NCBI GenBank assembly: GCA_963663765.2
Contig: CAXXUA010000015.1
Span: 448,001 to 512,000, forward strand
Source of the DNA: Candidatus Poribacteria bacterium
GTDB lineage: Bacteria; Poribacteria; WGA-4E; WGA-3G
Reading direction: 5' to 3'
DNA length: 64,000 nucleotides
In this document: one piece after another, positions 32,811-44,111 of the stretch
Position numbering within the stretch: the first letter of the stretch is position 1
Layout: each line of letters begins with the position of its first letter
Translations under genes and position numbers: made by a program
Notes under the pieces: generated by a model
Told to the model about the DNA's origin: nothing
The model's database searches: none
Seen by the model: the letters and a program-made list of their open reading frames with translations, nothing else

Positions 32811-33543
32811 TTTCTCCTTTCTGAGCACTTACTTTTAAGATTGGAGGTGTTTTATCTTCATCTAACAAAGCAAGTGCTTCTGCAATAACAACATGCTGTC
32901 CTGTTGCATTGTTAGGTTCTCCCAATGGGTGTCCAAAACCATAGGGTACGACCAAAGCACGTGGGGGTTTGACCCTCTTAGCAATGCTTTCAATGAGTGC
33001 TATTGAAACCGTACAAATCCCAATTGCTTCAACCGCACGTTGTATCAATCCTACAGATTGATTACACATCGGTCAAACTGGTGTGAGAAATGCAACATTA
33101 ACGCCATCTGATTTCAGAATCTGTGCAACTTCAGGTGCTGTATTCTCAATAAGTTGTTTCGGTTTAGTAATTGACCCCATAAAACTGAAATGTCTATGAT
33201 TTAGTTCTCCGATTATATTGTCTCTTTCTAATTCCCGAAATCTATCAAGCGGGAATACGAGATTTGCATCTGTTTCCATCCCTGTTTCATCATAGGCATC
33301 GCTTCTATGTCCGATTATCAAATCTTGTGTGTTTGTTGAATTTGGAATCTCCCGAAACGTACAATCATTCTTTCCATAACCTTCTTGTCCAGAGAGATAA
33401 TAACCTGCAGTCGTAATGAGTGCAACTTTACATACATTCAGAGGCATAGACATCGGTGTGTGAGGTGACGATAAAAATCTCTCACCTGGATAAAACTGCA
33501 TAAAGAAGCGATATATTCTATCAAGTGTTCGTAATGATACCAT
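32800..33543 (-). CDS. GrdB/PrdB-like reductase selenoprotein B family protein (UGA read as Sec)
   Basis: ORFs 33073-33543 and 32800-33069 are in frame across a single TGA: ...AFLTPV-U-PMCNQSVGL. VALITTAG, DANLVFPLDR, HFSFMG and PPRALVVPYGFGHPLG motifs. Confidence 0.8.
33032..33075 (-). promoter_or_regulatory. Putative bacterial SECIS hairpin
   Basis: Directly 3' of the UGA: UGU-A-AUCAAUC-UGUAG-GAUUGAU-ACA stem-loop with G in the apical loop. Confidence 0.65.
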
Positions 33544-33576
33544 AGTTTATTCTGCAAAAATTTAGAGATTATCTGT

Positions 33577-34730
33577 CAGGGTTATTCAGTTTTCCTAATA
33601 TTTGAATTTTTAAAAATAACCACGCGGTAGGAGCGACCCAGTGAATGCCAACAGGCATTCATACCGTTGATTTCTTGATTTGAAAATCCTTGTTCAGACA
33701 TAAAACTAAAGGGAATTAGTCGTTTTGGGATTCAATAAGACTGCTATAAGCCTATACAATAAGACTGCTATAAGCCTATACATAGAGTGGATTTATGGCT
33801 TGTTTTAATTACAATATATGATACAATCAATACCTTCGCCAATAATAGACATTCTTCCAGATTGTGCATGTAGTTGTAGCACATTCTGCCAGATTGTGCG
33901 TGTAGTTGTAGCACATTCTGCCAGATTGTGCATATAAATTATTCTGACAGATTGCTGATATAGTCATTTCTATTGTCAAATTAGACGCTATGATAACAGG
34001 GTTATTCAGTTTTCAATATTTTTGATAATATTTTACTATGTCGTTAATTTTATGTGTTGCCATCTTGTCCGTGTCTTTAGTCCCGTAGGGACGATATGTT
34101 TATAGAAAAATGTTATCTACCCCTCTTGAGTTCCGTAGGAACGGCATAGAAGAATAAACATATCGTCCCTACGGAACTAAAGAACTGGGGAGGGCATTCG
34201 TTTTCTATAAACATATCGTCCCTACGGGACTAAAGACCGATGTTCAGGATTCAATAATCTAAAATTGATGTCTAAAATTGATGTATAAGGTGCAGTTAGG
34301 AAACTGCATTTGGGTATTAACTTTCAGTAAATCAAAATAACAGAAAACTTTTAAAATTGAATAACCCTGACCAAAACGGAACTTTCTTTGCTCCAGCGGA
34401 GCAATATGTTTATAGGCACATTGTCAGCCCGTATCCCCGCTCCAGCGGAGCGGTATGTTGGAGCCGCACATAACACTCCGCTGGAGCACATCATTTTCTC
34501 CAGTTTCACAATTGGACTAAACTCGGAGAAAAATAGACGTTCTGTTGAATAATCAACTTCTACAAGATGATAATTGTCCAAACTATAGTAGACGTTATGA
34601 TAATTAAACAGGACTTACGCAAAAAAGGTAGGCGTGCTTTGTAAGCGCGCTGGAAACCCATAAAAACGCTGATAATTGCATCATTTTCAACATAAATTTT
34701 GATTAAATCAAGAAAACTGCGTAAGTCCTG
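33577..34730. repeat. Cluster of MITE/REP-like repeats (families A and C, GTAGGGACGATATGTTTATAG palindromes, short tandem repeats)
   Basis: cagggttattcagtttt ends, a caggacttacgca/tgcgtaagtcctg pair, about 25-bp and 31-bp tandem duplications; no credible ORF. Confidence 0.65.
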
Positions 34731-34999
34731 TTAAAAATACTTCAACGAAAACCTGAAGTAATTTTTATTTATGTAATTCTAACAATATCACAGAGCAATG
34801 GTAAATCAACACTATATACTCATTCAACTGAAGCACTCAAAAATGGCGAAGGTATTGATACAATATTGATAAGTATTAGGGGTTGTCAACCCTCTAAATG
34901 AACTAGAAAAAAGAGTTGTTTTTTCTGATGTTCAACTTATCTGATTATTGTATCAGAATTCATCAGAAAAAACAACTCCTAAATCAATAGGAGTATCTG

Positions 35000-35894
35000 A
35001 TGGATTTGATCAAAGTAATGGAACGATTCCCTAATCAAGGGGCGTGTATTGAACATCTTGAGGGGATACGTTGGGGAAATAAGTCCAGTTGTCCGTAGTG
35101 TGAAGGTAAACACACCTAAAACGCAAAATAAGAACGGCAGAGGAAGCATTAGACGCTGGCACTGTGGAGATTGTGGTGCATCGTTCAAAGTGACCAGTGG
35201 CACAATCTTTCAAGGCACAAAGATACCGCTGCAGAAGTGGTTTTTAGCGATTGTGCTGATGGTAAATGCAAAGAAAAGTTTATCAAGTTGCCAACTTGCA
35301 CACGATTTAGGGATGCAACAACCTGCTGCATGGTGTATATTGATGAAGATACGCGTAGAAATGGCGAAAAATTCATCGTTATTAGAAGGGATCGTTGAAG
35401 CTGATGAAACTTACATCGGGGGAAACGCAAGAAGGATTATGACCGAGACGAAGATGAACCCCGTAAACGCTGTCGTGGCACAATGAAAGACGCTGTTATC
35501 GGTTGCTGGTGGCACGCAATGGATACGTTGTTGCTGAAATGATACCTGACATCTCTGGTGAAACGATTGCGAACTTTATACGCGAAAATGTGGATACGAA
35601 AAATGCGACACTCTATACGGATCAATTTACAGGATATAATATCATCGGGAAAGATATGAAACACGAAACTCTGAACCGAAGTTAACAATGGAAAGCAGGT
35701 GAACTTCATACGAACACGATTGAAGTGTTTTGGTCATTTGTCAAACGCGCTTGGTATGGTAGTCACCATCACTATACTATTCAACTGGATATACGCCTAT
35801 GTATCTGGCAGAGACATGCTATAAGTATAACTTTAGGAGCATTGACATCTTTGAAAAGTTTGTAAATGAAAGTGTAAGTTTCAACAGACAGTAA
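35000..35894 (+). pseudogene. IS1595-family (ISXO2-like) transposase pseudogene
   Basis: Zn-ribbon (RWG...CP*C, HCGDCG), GTIFQGTKIPLQKWFLAI, VEADETYIGG, YTDQF, HTNTIE.FWS; stops and frameshifts. Confidence 0.85.
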
Positions 35895-35959
35895 TTTTGA
35901 AATAAGATTTTATGCTTTAATGTGGCGTATCCTTATGCAATTCCATGAGTTCTATATTA

Positions 35960-36359
35960 ACGAGTTGTGCTAAATAACTATATGTTAATCATTGTTTCAC
36001 ATAAGCATGACGTTTTGCTGGTGTCCTTCATAGTTTGAAACGATCTTCAGTCCCGACAAATGCCATACGGGGAATGCCTTAATGGCATTCATACCCGGGG
36101 AATGCCAAAAGGCATTCATACCGTTGATTTCTTGATTTGGCGCATTTGGCGTTGATTTGGTAGGGACGATATGTTTATAGAAAAACGTCATAGTACATCC
36201 TCTTTAGTCCCGACAAATGCCATACGGGGAATGCCTTAATGGCATTCATACCGTTGATTTGGCGCATTTGGCGTTGATTTGGTAGGGACGATATGTGTGC
36301 ATTATAAACCTAATATATGTAAAAACTTTGAAAACAATGGGTTAACTGACACAAGTCGT
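35960..36359. mobile_element. 400-bp MITE-like element (family G), copy 2
   Basis: Near-identical to 23574-23973. Confidence 0.75.
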
Positions 36360-36469
36360 TAAGATTGTAATTAATATAACAGAGGTTAACTAAACTTTGC
36401 AACTAAATCATTATAATGTCTATTCTATCATACTTGTGCTTATTTTCTCAATATATTCCTTATCTACCC

Positions 36470-36660
36470 CAGGGTTATTCAGTTTTCCTAATATTTGGAT
36501 TTTTCAAAAAAGAAACCCCGCGGTAGGAGCGACCCGGGGAATACCAAAAGGCATTCATACCCGGGGAATGCCATACGCGCATTCATACCGTTGATTTCTT
36601 GATTTGCCGGTCGCGATTTTCTCAGGAAACAGCAAAAATGCATAAAACTGAATAAACCTG
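36470..36660. mobile_element. MITE (family A, TIR CAGGGTTATTCAGTTTT) with 9-bp TSD
   Basis: cagggttattcagtttt ... aaaactgaataaacctg, flanked by TATCTACCC on both sides. Confidence 0.85.
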
Positions 36661-36718
36661 TATCTACCCCGCGTATGAGTGACCTAAGAATCCCCCATGC
36701 TTTAGCGGGGAGAGTATG

Positions 36719-37036
36719 TCAAGACTTATCTAATGGATCAAGAGAAGACAGATCAGAATTGATAGGTTGAAAAATTCGCCAAGTGCTTCCTGGACCTTTG
36801 GAAATATTTTCGGCAAGTCCTTTTTCTTGTAAGTATCTCAATGCTGTTTTAATAGGGTTTGTTTTGGCGGTAGATAAAAGACCCCCCTGTGATTCATGAT
36901 ACTGGAAGACCGCTTTGTCAATTTCGCGTCTACTGATTGTTTTTCCTGCGAATAATTCTAAAATCAGTTTTTTGGCAATTTTAGGTTTAAGGCGTGTATC
37001 TTTATATTTGTAATTATTATTCATTTTTACTTCCAT
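36719..37036 (-). CDS. Small basic hypothetical protein, possibly winged-helix
   Basis: 105-aa ORF preceded by a TGCACC-N17-GTGTC motif on the same strand. Confidence 0.5.
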   Translation of the reverse strand: MEVKMNNNYKYKDTRLKPKIAKKLILELFAGKTISRREIDKAVFQYHESQGGLLSTAKTNPIKTALRYLQEKGLAENISKGPGSTWRIFQPINSDLSSLDPLDKS

Positions 37037-37091
37037 TGTTTTGTAGTGTTATAAGATAATAGACAATATCAGATTCCTTGTACATATTAAA

Positions 37092-37119
37092 GACACGATT
37101 TAGAAAGGAAAAGGGTGCA
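37092..37119 (-). promoter_or_regulatory. ECF-type promoter motif TGCACC-N17-GTGTC
   Basis: Minus strand TGCACC cttttcctttctaaatc GTGTC tttaat, 55 bp upstream of ORF 36719-37036. Confidence 0.7.
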
Positions 37120-37452
37120 TAACGTGGAAATTAATGGGTTGCTTACTAACGCAACAATTACCGCTCTTTTACCTGATTTACTTCGGTGTGCAAGTTATAC
37201 CGCGTATCAACCACCATTGCTCTCCGCATTCCGAGATGATTTGATACAAATCGCTACCATCACTGTTTGAAAAAGACCCTATGTTCAATCCTACACAATT
37301 AAAAACGTTCCTGATATGAATACCGAATGTTCTGTGGATGAACTTGTTTGGTAGTTATCCATTGCCAATTTTGAGAAAATCCTATCTCAACTCCTTGAAA
37401 ATGTGACTCCGCGTGAACAAATGATTATTTGCGATTGCAACTCTCTAACCCT

Positions 37453-37719
37453 TCAATAATCTTCATGTTAGTAAATTTAGTAAATATTTTCTTATTATGC
37501 ACCCTTTTCGATCTAATACTGTGTCTTTAATTATGAAGGTATCAATAATCTTCATGTTAGTAAATTTAGTAAATATTTTCTTATTATGCACCCTTTTCGA
37601 TCTAATACTGTGTCTTTAATTATGAAGGTATCAATAATCTTCATGTTAGTAAATTTAGTAAATATTTTCTTATTATGCACCCTTTTCGATCTAATACTGT
37701 GTCTTTAATTATGAAGGTA
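37453..37719 (+). repeat. 89-bp tandem repeat x3, each unit carrying the TGCACC-N17-GTGTC motif
   Basis: Units start at 37453, 37542 and 37631; motifs at 37498, 37587 and 37676. Confidence 0.9.
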
Positions 37720-37810
37720 TCAAATACCTTTGTTTGGGAAAATCAAAACCAAGCATTATTGCGTAAGTCCTATCGTTTATCAATAACTTGAGAACATTGC
37801 ATCATATTTA

Positions 37811-38386
37811 ATGTTCTTGTTATTGTTGTCCATAAAGGAAGACATGAAAAGTTTACAAAAAGGTAAATGTGAGAAGTTTCCAAGAACACCCGTGGATAGT
37901 TTCCTTGAGTCGTTGCGATTTGCGAAGGCAAAACCGCATATTCCGAAAGGTGCATGTCTTTTAGGTATCGGTACAGGAGATGGTGCTTTCTTACGACACC
38001 TCAATGGACATTTCCACATCGGCGTTGGAATTGATGCAAATCTAACCGAATCCGTTGAATTTGCGGATTATCATCTTGTGAAAGGATACTTTCCACACGA
38101 CTTTGACACAAACAAAACCTTTGATGTCATTACGATGTTGGCGACTGTTGAACATATACCGATGGGGATGCTCCCAAAAGTCGTGGATATGTGTTGGGAT
38201 TACTTCAAACCAGGTGGGCACGTTATTATTACTGTGCCTCATCCTCGTATGGATGGACTTCTGGATTTCCTGAAAAAAACCAGGATAGTCGAAGGTTTCT
38301 CTATGCATGAACATTACGGTTTTGATCCTGAATGTCTGCCAGATGTTTTAACCGTTGGCAACTTGTCCAAACTATCGGAAATATAA
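37811..38386 (+). pseudogene. Class I SAM-dependent methyltransferase, copy 1 (degenerate, truncated)
   Basis: Near-identical to 44112-44726, but motif I is LLGIGTGDG (vs LLDIGAGDG), with a 1-bp deletion near 38349 and a lost C-terminus. Confidence 0.7.
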
Positions 38387-38448
38387 GATGCCTTGATGCA
38401 TCTATATTCTATTCAACTTTAAGTATGAAAGAATAAAGGAGAATTATT

Positions 38449-39090
38449 ATGTTTAAAAAAGAACGTAGAATCCAACTCGCCATCGTTTTCTTAGTAGGAA
38501 TGTTCATTCTCGGTGGTACCCTGCTCAACATCGCCAACGGAGGAGAGAAGGTCCATGATATTGACATTGATGAAGATGGAAATGTTGATGTTGTGGTCAC
38601 CGTTACAACTGATATAAGTATTGAAGATGAAGACGAACATCAAAATGCAAAACCTGAAGATTTAGCTACCTTCTCCGCGCCTACACCCTACTGGTATTTA
38701 GCAGATGATTTAACAAATGGGGGAGGATCAGTTTCCGTGAGTGGAACCCGTATTGATGATGACGGAAATGAAATTGGGAAGGTTTCCGTTTATGGTGGTG
38801 TTTCTGTCTCCGTAGACTTTGACAATCTTAATGTGACATCCTATTATTGGGCTTACGCGTCCAGCAACGTCTCTGGCGACAACAATGATTGGGATGAACA
38901 TCACACTTGGGTTCAGGTTCCCGGTAAGAATAAATCCTTCCATTCGTATTCTACAATGGATACTACCACCTATGTGGAAACCATTCCAGAGTTCTTTGAT
39001 AATCTTGAAGACAAGGTTATGGGGGCATACGCTATGCTAAGTACGAAAGGTGCACGAATCGAGGTCGAATTTAAGGCTGAGGGTCAATAA
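38449..39090 (+). CDS. Secreted acidic hypothetical protein
   Basis: AAGGAG RBS, N-terminal hydrophobic segment, sequons NVT, NVS and NKS. Confidence 0.75.
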   Translation: MFKKERRIQLAIVFLVGMFILGGTLLNIANGGEKVHDIDIDEDGNVDVVVTVTTDISIEDEDEHQNAKPEDLATFSAPTPYWYLADDLTNGGGSVSVSGTRIDDDGNEIGKVSVYGGVSVSVDFDNLNVTSYYWAYASSNVSGDNNDWDEHHTWVQVPGKNKSFHSYSTMDTTTYVETIPEFFDNLEDKVMGAYAMLSTKGARIEVEFKAEGQ

Positions 39091-39563
39091 TGGACTGTCT
39101 ACGTGTTCTCGTAACCCTTTTCATTATTACACTGAGTTTCTACCCGCAGACCGGGTGTAAACAGAAGGGGGACACTACGTCCCCCTCCACATCACAACCA
39201 AGTGAAGATAATAAAAAGAAGCTCGTGGAAATAACAGTTGGTGGCAAAGTCTGGAAAGTTGATCCAAATCTCTCCTATCAAGCGACAGGTGTGTGGACAA
39301 ACCCGAAACCAAGATTACTTAGTGATGAAGAAAGAGAACGGATCCAGGAAATACCCGCATTGATCCAAACATTGAAAATGCAGATTGATGAACTTGACAA
39401 GGAAATGAGATACCTTGAACGTATTGAAGAAACACAGATAAAAATTCGTTATAACTTCGGAAAATCACCCGATCTTTCACCTAAAGGCAATAGAGAAATA
39501 ATTGATTTAGGTGAATTCCCAATGGAAATGGAAAATCCTAAGAAAATACCCACAGAACAATAG
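39090..39563 (+). CDS. Exported hypothetical protein (possible lipoprotein) with coiled coil
   Basis: TAATG coupling to the upstream gene; hydrophobic N-terminus followed by QTGC. Confidence 0.65.
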   Translation: MDCLRVLVTLFIITLSFYPQTGCKQKGDTTSPSTSQPSEDNKKKLVEITVGGKVWKVDPNLSYQATGVWTNPKPRLLSDEERERIQEIPALIQTLKMQIDELDKEMRYLERIEETQIKIRYNFGKSPDLSPKGNREIIDLGEFPMEMENPKKIPTEQ

Positions 39564-39571
39564 GAGCTATC

Positions 39572-40600
39572 ATGAAATCCTTTATTAGATTCCTCTGCTT
39601 ATGCATGCTTTTACTACTTCCATTTGCAACACATGCAAGGAACACCGCAGAGTTCGCTGGGGAAGTTATCTTTAAAAATCGAGGGAAAGAAGAACTTTAC
39701 AACGAGCTTTGGATTACCCATATTGAGGACCCAGGGAACGCACGGCTGCTTTATAAACACAATGAGGGAGAAAGGATCATTAAATATGCCATACAGAAAG
39801 ATGGTCCCAACATCGCCATTTCTGCAGGACGTATACCATATGACATTTTCCTAATTAATAGAAATCAACTGAGCAAAGGAGCACGCAACCTTACAAATAA
39901 AAGATTTAATGATATTTGGAGTGTTGACATCTCATCCAACGGAGATATTCTCTTTAGAAACTCACATCCAGTTCCCTTTCCAGAAGTGATTGTAGGGCTT
40001 TATCTCATGCCAAATGATGAAGTCAAAAAGGTAAAACCACAAGCTACACTATTAAAAGAAGGGTCAATAAACTTTGTCCGTTGGTCGCCCGATAACGAAC
40101 ATTTTATATATTTAGATCGGTTTGCCACGGGTCTTTATCTTTACAATCTCCGCACCGGAGAAGATACACTTATCACCAAAGATAATGTGCAGTCTACTCT
40201 CTTATATCCTGCTTTCTCACCGGATGGCAAAAAGCTTGCTTTTATTTATCAACCTAAGATTGAACCTGGTTTTGAACTTGACGTTATTTCACTTGAGACC
40301 CTGTATCCCCAGTTGCTCCCAAATGACCCTAATGGAGATTTGAGATTTAGTCGCATCAAATGGCCTGCGGAAAAGTATCTTGTCTATAGCAAACACGATA
40401 GTCAGAGACAGTCAACAAAAGCAACGCATTTCGTAATCCGCATTGATGGAGGGCCTCCAGAACAAATATTAGAGGGTATGGAGAAGATGTTTGAAAATGG
40501 ACTACCAGTTTTTAAGTTGGGAAACACAACGTTCGCTGTTGAACCCACAAACCGACTAACAACCGTATGGGGAAAACTCAAAACACGCAACCTAAAGTAG
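39572..40600 (+). CDS. Secreted TolB-like (PD40) beta-propeller with C-terminal VEP..L.T.WG.LK motif
   Basis: Signal peptide; WSPD and PAFSPDGKKLAF motifs; ends FAVEPTNRLTTVWGKLK. Confidence 0.8.
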   Translation: MKSFIRFLCLCMLLLLPFATHARNTAEFAGEVIFKNRGKEELYNELWITHIEDPGNARLLYKHNEGERIIKYAIQKDGPNIAISAGRIPYDIFLINRNQLSKGARNLTNKRFNDIWSVDISSNGDILFRNSHPVPFPEVIVGLYLMPNDEVKKVKPQATLLKEGSINFVRWSPDNEHFIYLDRFATGLYLYNLRTGEDTLITKDNVQSTLLYPAFSPDGKKLAFIYQPKIEPGFELDVISLETLYPQLLPNDPNGDLRFSRIKWPAEKYLVYSKHDSQRQSTKATHFVIRIDGGPPEQILEGMEKMFENGLPVFKLGNTTFAVEPTNRLTTVWGKLKTRNLK

Positions 40601-40658
40601 ACCTAAAACAAGTCAGCAAACGTCAATCATAGGTGCTGCCCGCCCCGGGTCCTAAAAT

Positions 40659-43124
40659 ATGAATGTAAAGTCGCTAATACCACACCTTCAGAATGTTTTC
40701 ACACTTTCTCGGTGTGCAGCACTTCTGCTGTGTAGCAGCATCCTCTTTTTAGCGTTCTGGATACGTATCCAAGGTGTTGATCGAATCCCAGACAAGCAAT
40801 TTACCGATACCGACGGTTATTTCTTTTATGATCAAGCTCAACTCATCACCGAACACGGCACCCTGCCAGACCGGGATATGTCCCGTTGGGTTCCTATCGG
40901 TAAGGATTTGACACAGACACTCCCGTTCTATGGTTACGTGCTTGCATATTCCCACAAAGTGATCGCACGTTTCTTCCCAAAAGTTTCACTGTATCATGTT
41001 TGCATCTATATGCCTGTAGTCTGTTTTATCCTTGGACTCGGGGTGTTGATGTTCTTTTTTTATCATCAGTTTGGGCTACTCTTTTCGGGCATCATCGGTG
41101 TCTTATTAGCAACGCTTCCTGGGGCGATTGACCGAAGCGCAGCCGGTTTTGGTGACCGAGACAGTTGGTGCCTCTTAATTGGCATTCTTGCGATAACCAC
41201 TTATCTCCAAGCACTTCAGGTACAACATCCTCTTCACAGACTCTATTGGACACTTGCAAGTAGCTTCAGCGTCTGTATCGGAGGGTTATCTTGGGTAGGA
41301 TTTAGCATTTTCCTCGTCATTATCATGAGTGTTGAACTCTGGCGGTTTCTCACTTCTGAAAAAGAAGAAGGATTAGGATATTACGCTTTATGGACGTTAA
41401 CTTATGTTCTCCTGCTTATACTCGGTTCTCCTGTCTATCGTGGCGGAGGCGGCGGTTTTACGACACATCTTTTCACCTATGTGATAATACCGCCACTAAC
41501 ACTTTTGGCAATACGCACTTGCCGCTATCTGATACTCACAAAGTCAGCTTTTTCAAAACATCTCTTACAACATTCCCGAAACATAGCCTTCATTCTGATA
41601 ACTATTACACTTACACTTGCACTCTTTACTGTCTTGAGAAAACTTAATACATTTGACACACTACTACCTTTCAGTCAAAACAAACTCATGCAAAGTATTG
41701 GAGAATTACAAAGCCCCAATTACAAGTTTTGGTATATTAAGTTCGGCGGGGTCTTTCTGTGCGGCAGCATCGGATTTCTTCTCACAGGAATACATCCCCG
41801 AAACAGATTCGGGCACCTTCTTTTGGCTATTCCGCTCAGTCTGTTTATCCTCACAACTTTTTACCGAGAACCTGTTAATTTACTTTACATGAGGCTATTT
41901 AAAACTTCGCTTGGTAACACGCTCTTTTTTGCTGCAGTTGGTAGTGTTGGGATCGGTTTTCTGATACATGCATGGCAACGCAAAATACATCTACCAAAAG
42001 ATATTCTTTACGTTGCGTTTTGTGCATGGTTTTTTTGTTGGGTTGCACTTACACGGGACGCTAAACGGTACGACTTTTTTATTGGCGTTGCCGTCGCTTT
42101 CTTTACTGCGGTAGTTATACATGCACTCGCAAAGAGGCTCAGTGAGAAAACAATAAGTTTCCAGTTCACACCCCTATCCTTAAAATCAAATAGGGTACAA
42201 ACTGTTTTTACCACCAGCATTGCGGTTGCGGTGTTATCTTTGTTGTTATTCTGGTCCCCTGCTGGAGCACACACAAGATGGTCACGCCCCGCTGCTGTAC
42301 ACTTCCGAAATCCGCTCCCCGGAGACGGACCAATGGCAAAAACTATCAATTGGATTGCAAATACACTTGAAGAAACTGATGTTGTCGCCGCAAACTGGGA
42401 ATACGGAAATCAACTCAACGTACTCGGTGAAGTCAGAACAATTATCAGTCCCGATCACTACCTTCCTCACTGGATCCATCTCTTTTTTCGACACGTCTAT
42501 GCAGCACAATCTGAAAATGAAGCATTAGAATTTCTTTACACACACGAAGCAACACACTTAATGTTTAATCAAAGGGACGTTCTCAACACGGGCACTTTTT
42601 CAGAACTTGGGAGTGATTTACATAAAGACCGGTTTTTCATACCTCAACATCTACAGTTGTCAAATTCAGAAACTGGAAAAACAAAACATCTCATAAATAC
42701 TGATAATACACCATTTAACAAGATAGATGTGGAGCCTAAGGAATCCCCGTTAACCCTCACAGCACACACAAAAGATGGGCAAAAAGTAACACTTCCCTAT
42801 GTAGCGTTCATAGGTTATCTCAAAGAAAAAACACCGAATACCGTAGATGGTAAAAATGGCGGAGTTATCCTCTATTTAGATCCCAGACGAAATCTCCAAA
42901 AAGCATATTACCTATCTCACATCGGTTGGAATAGTCTCATTGTTAGATTATACATTCGGGGAGAACCTTCCAATGCGTTTGAGCCCATATATACCCAAAG
43001 AGAGGATATAAGAGATCAAAAAATGGTACGATTTGACTTCACCAAAATTTGGAAGATTCGGTATCCACCCAACATCAAAAAGAAACCGAAATATCTTGAA
43101 ACAGAACCGTCTGAAGGGTATTGA
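40659..43124 (+). CDS. STT3/PglB/AglB-like oligosaccharyltransferase (GT-C), paralog 1
   Basis: About 13 TMs; FTDTDGYFFY, RSAAGFGDRD (DxD), RDAKRY; AANWEYGNQL at the WWDYG position. Confidence 0.75.
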   Translation: MNVKSLIPHLQNVFTLSRCAALLLCSSILFLAFWIRIQGVDRIPDKQFTDTDGYFFYDQAQLITEHGTLPDRDMSRWVPIGKDLTQTLPFYGYVLAYSHKVIARFFPKVSLYHVCIYMPVVCFILGLGVLMFFFYHQFGLLFSGIIGVLLATLPGAIDRSAAGFGDRDSWCLLIGILAITTYLQALQVQHPLHRLYWTLASSFSVCIGGLSWVGFSIFLVIIMSVELWRFLTSEKEEGLGYYALWTLTYVLLLILGSPVYRGGGGGFTTHLFTYVIIPPLTLLAIRTCRYLILTKSAFSKHLLQHSRNIAFILITITLTLALFTVLRKLNTFDTLLPFSQNKLMQSIGELQSPNYKFWYIKFGGVFLCGSIGFLLTGIHPRNRFGHLLLAIPLSLFILTTFYREPVNLLYMRLFKTSLGNTLFFAAVGSVGIGFLIHAWQRKIHLPKDILYVAFCAWFFCWVALTRDAKRYDFFIGVAVAFFTAVVIHALAKRLSEKTISFQFTPLSLKSNRVQTVFTTSIAVAVLSLLLFWSPAGAHTRWSRPAAVHFRNPLPGDGPMAKTINWIANTLEETDVVAANWEYGNQLNVLGEVRTIISPDHYLPHWIHLFFRHVYAAQSENEALEFLYTHEATHLMFNQRDVLNTGTFSELGSDLHKDRFFIPQHLQLSNSETGKTKHLINTDNTPFNKIDVEPKESPLTLTAHTKDGQKVTLPYVAFIGYLKEKTPNTVDGKNGGVILYLDPRRNLQKAYYLSHIGWNSLIVRLYIRGEPSNAFEPIYTQREDIRDQKMVRFDFTKIWKIRYPPNIKKKPKYLETEPSEGY

Positions 43125-43167
43125 TAAAATTAGTTATGGTGCTATTTGCGTTAATTGGGTTGTGAAC

Positions 43168-43701
43168 ATGATGAGAAAATCTAAAATCTGGTTTGTCATA
43201 GCGACTCTTATCGTTGTTGTTATAGGTATTGTTTATGTCAGCACTCAGAGGAAACCTGAATTACGTAGTTCAAGAGGTTTTGCATGGGTTAAACATTGGG
43301 ACGAACTTGAACTTGGCACAGTCAAAAAAAATTATCAACGCTACACCGTTGACGAAATGCGGATACTGTGGGATGTAAAACTACATGATAAGTTTGGTAG
43401 TTATTCAGGCAAAGCGCATGCCGAGACTGTCTACCCATGGGATGCATATCTTGCACGCCTGCTGGAATTAGGACATCCTTTTATTGACTTATCGGACTAT
43501 GAGAGTGCTTTAGACACACGGATGAGTCTTTTAATTCGAACACGAACCTACTGGCAAACGATGAATAGAGATGAAAGAGACGCATATATTAACACACTCG
43601 GATTGTCCCCGGATGCATCATGGGAAAAGTATGAGGAGTCACTGATAAAACAGATCGTTGTTTACCGTATCAATTGGTGGCGTTCAATCCTACACAATTA
43701 A
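43168..43701 (+). CDS. N-anchored hypothetical protein; C-terminally altered copy of 47299-47934
   Basis: Near-identical DNA at 43275-43686 and 47484-47895; ends at a duplication junction. Confidence 0.65.
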   Translation: MMRKSKIWFVIATLIVVVIGIVYVSTQRKPELRSSRGFAWVKHWDELELGTVKKNYQRYTVDEMRILWDVKLHDKFGSYSGKAHAETVYPWDAYLARLLELGHPFIDLSDYESALDTRMSLLIRTRTYWQTMNRDERDAYINTLGLSPDASWEKYEESLIKQIVVYRINWWRSILHN

Positions 43702-43851
43702 AAACGTTCCTGATATGAATACCGCATGTTTGGTGGATGAACTCGTTTGGTAGTTATCCATTGCCAATTTTGAGAAAATCCTACCTCAATTCCTTGAAAA
43801 TGTGACTCCGCGTGAACAAATGATTATTTGCGATTGCAACTCTCTAACCCT

Positions 43852-44020
43852 TCAATAATCTTCATGTTAGTAAATATTTTCTTATTATGCACCCTTTTCG
43901 ATCTAATACTGTGTCTTTAATTATGAAGGTATCAATAATCTTCATGTTAGTAAATTTAGTAAATATTTTCTTATTATGCACCCTTTTCGATCTAATACTG
44001 TGTCTTTAATTATGAAGGTA
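43852..44020 (+). repeat. Promoter-bearing tandem repeat x2 (80 + 89 bp)
   Basis: Same unit as 37453-37719; motifs at 43888 and 43977. Confidence 0.88.
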
Positions 44021-44111
44021 TCAAATACCTTTGTTTGGGAAAATCAAAACCAAGCATTATTGCGTAAGTCCTATTGTTTAACAATAACTTGAGAACATTG
44101 CATCATATTTA

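Noticed and set aside
37453-37719. Possible CRISPR or iteron array
   Set aside because: The 89-bp units are identical with no spacers and no rep gene; better explained as a promoter-containing tandem repeat.
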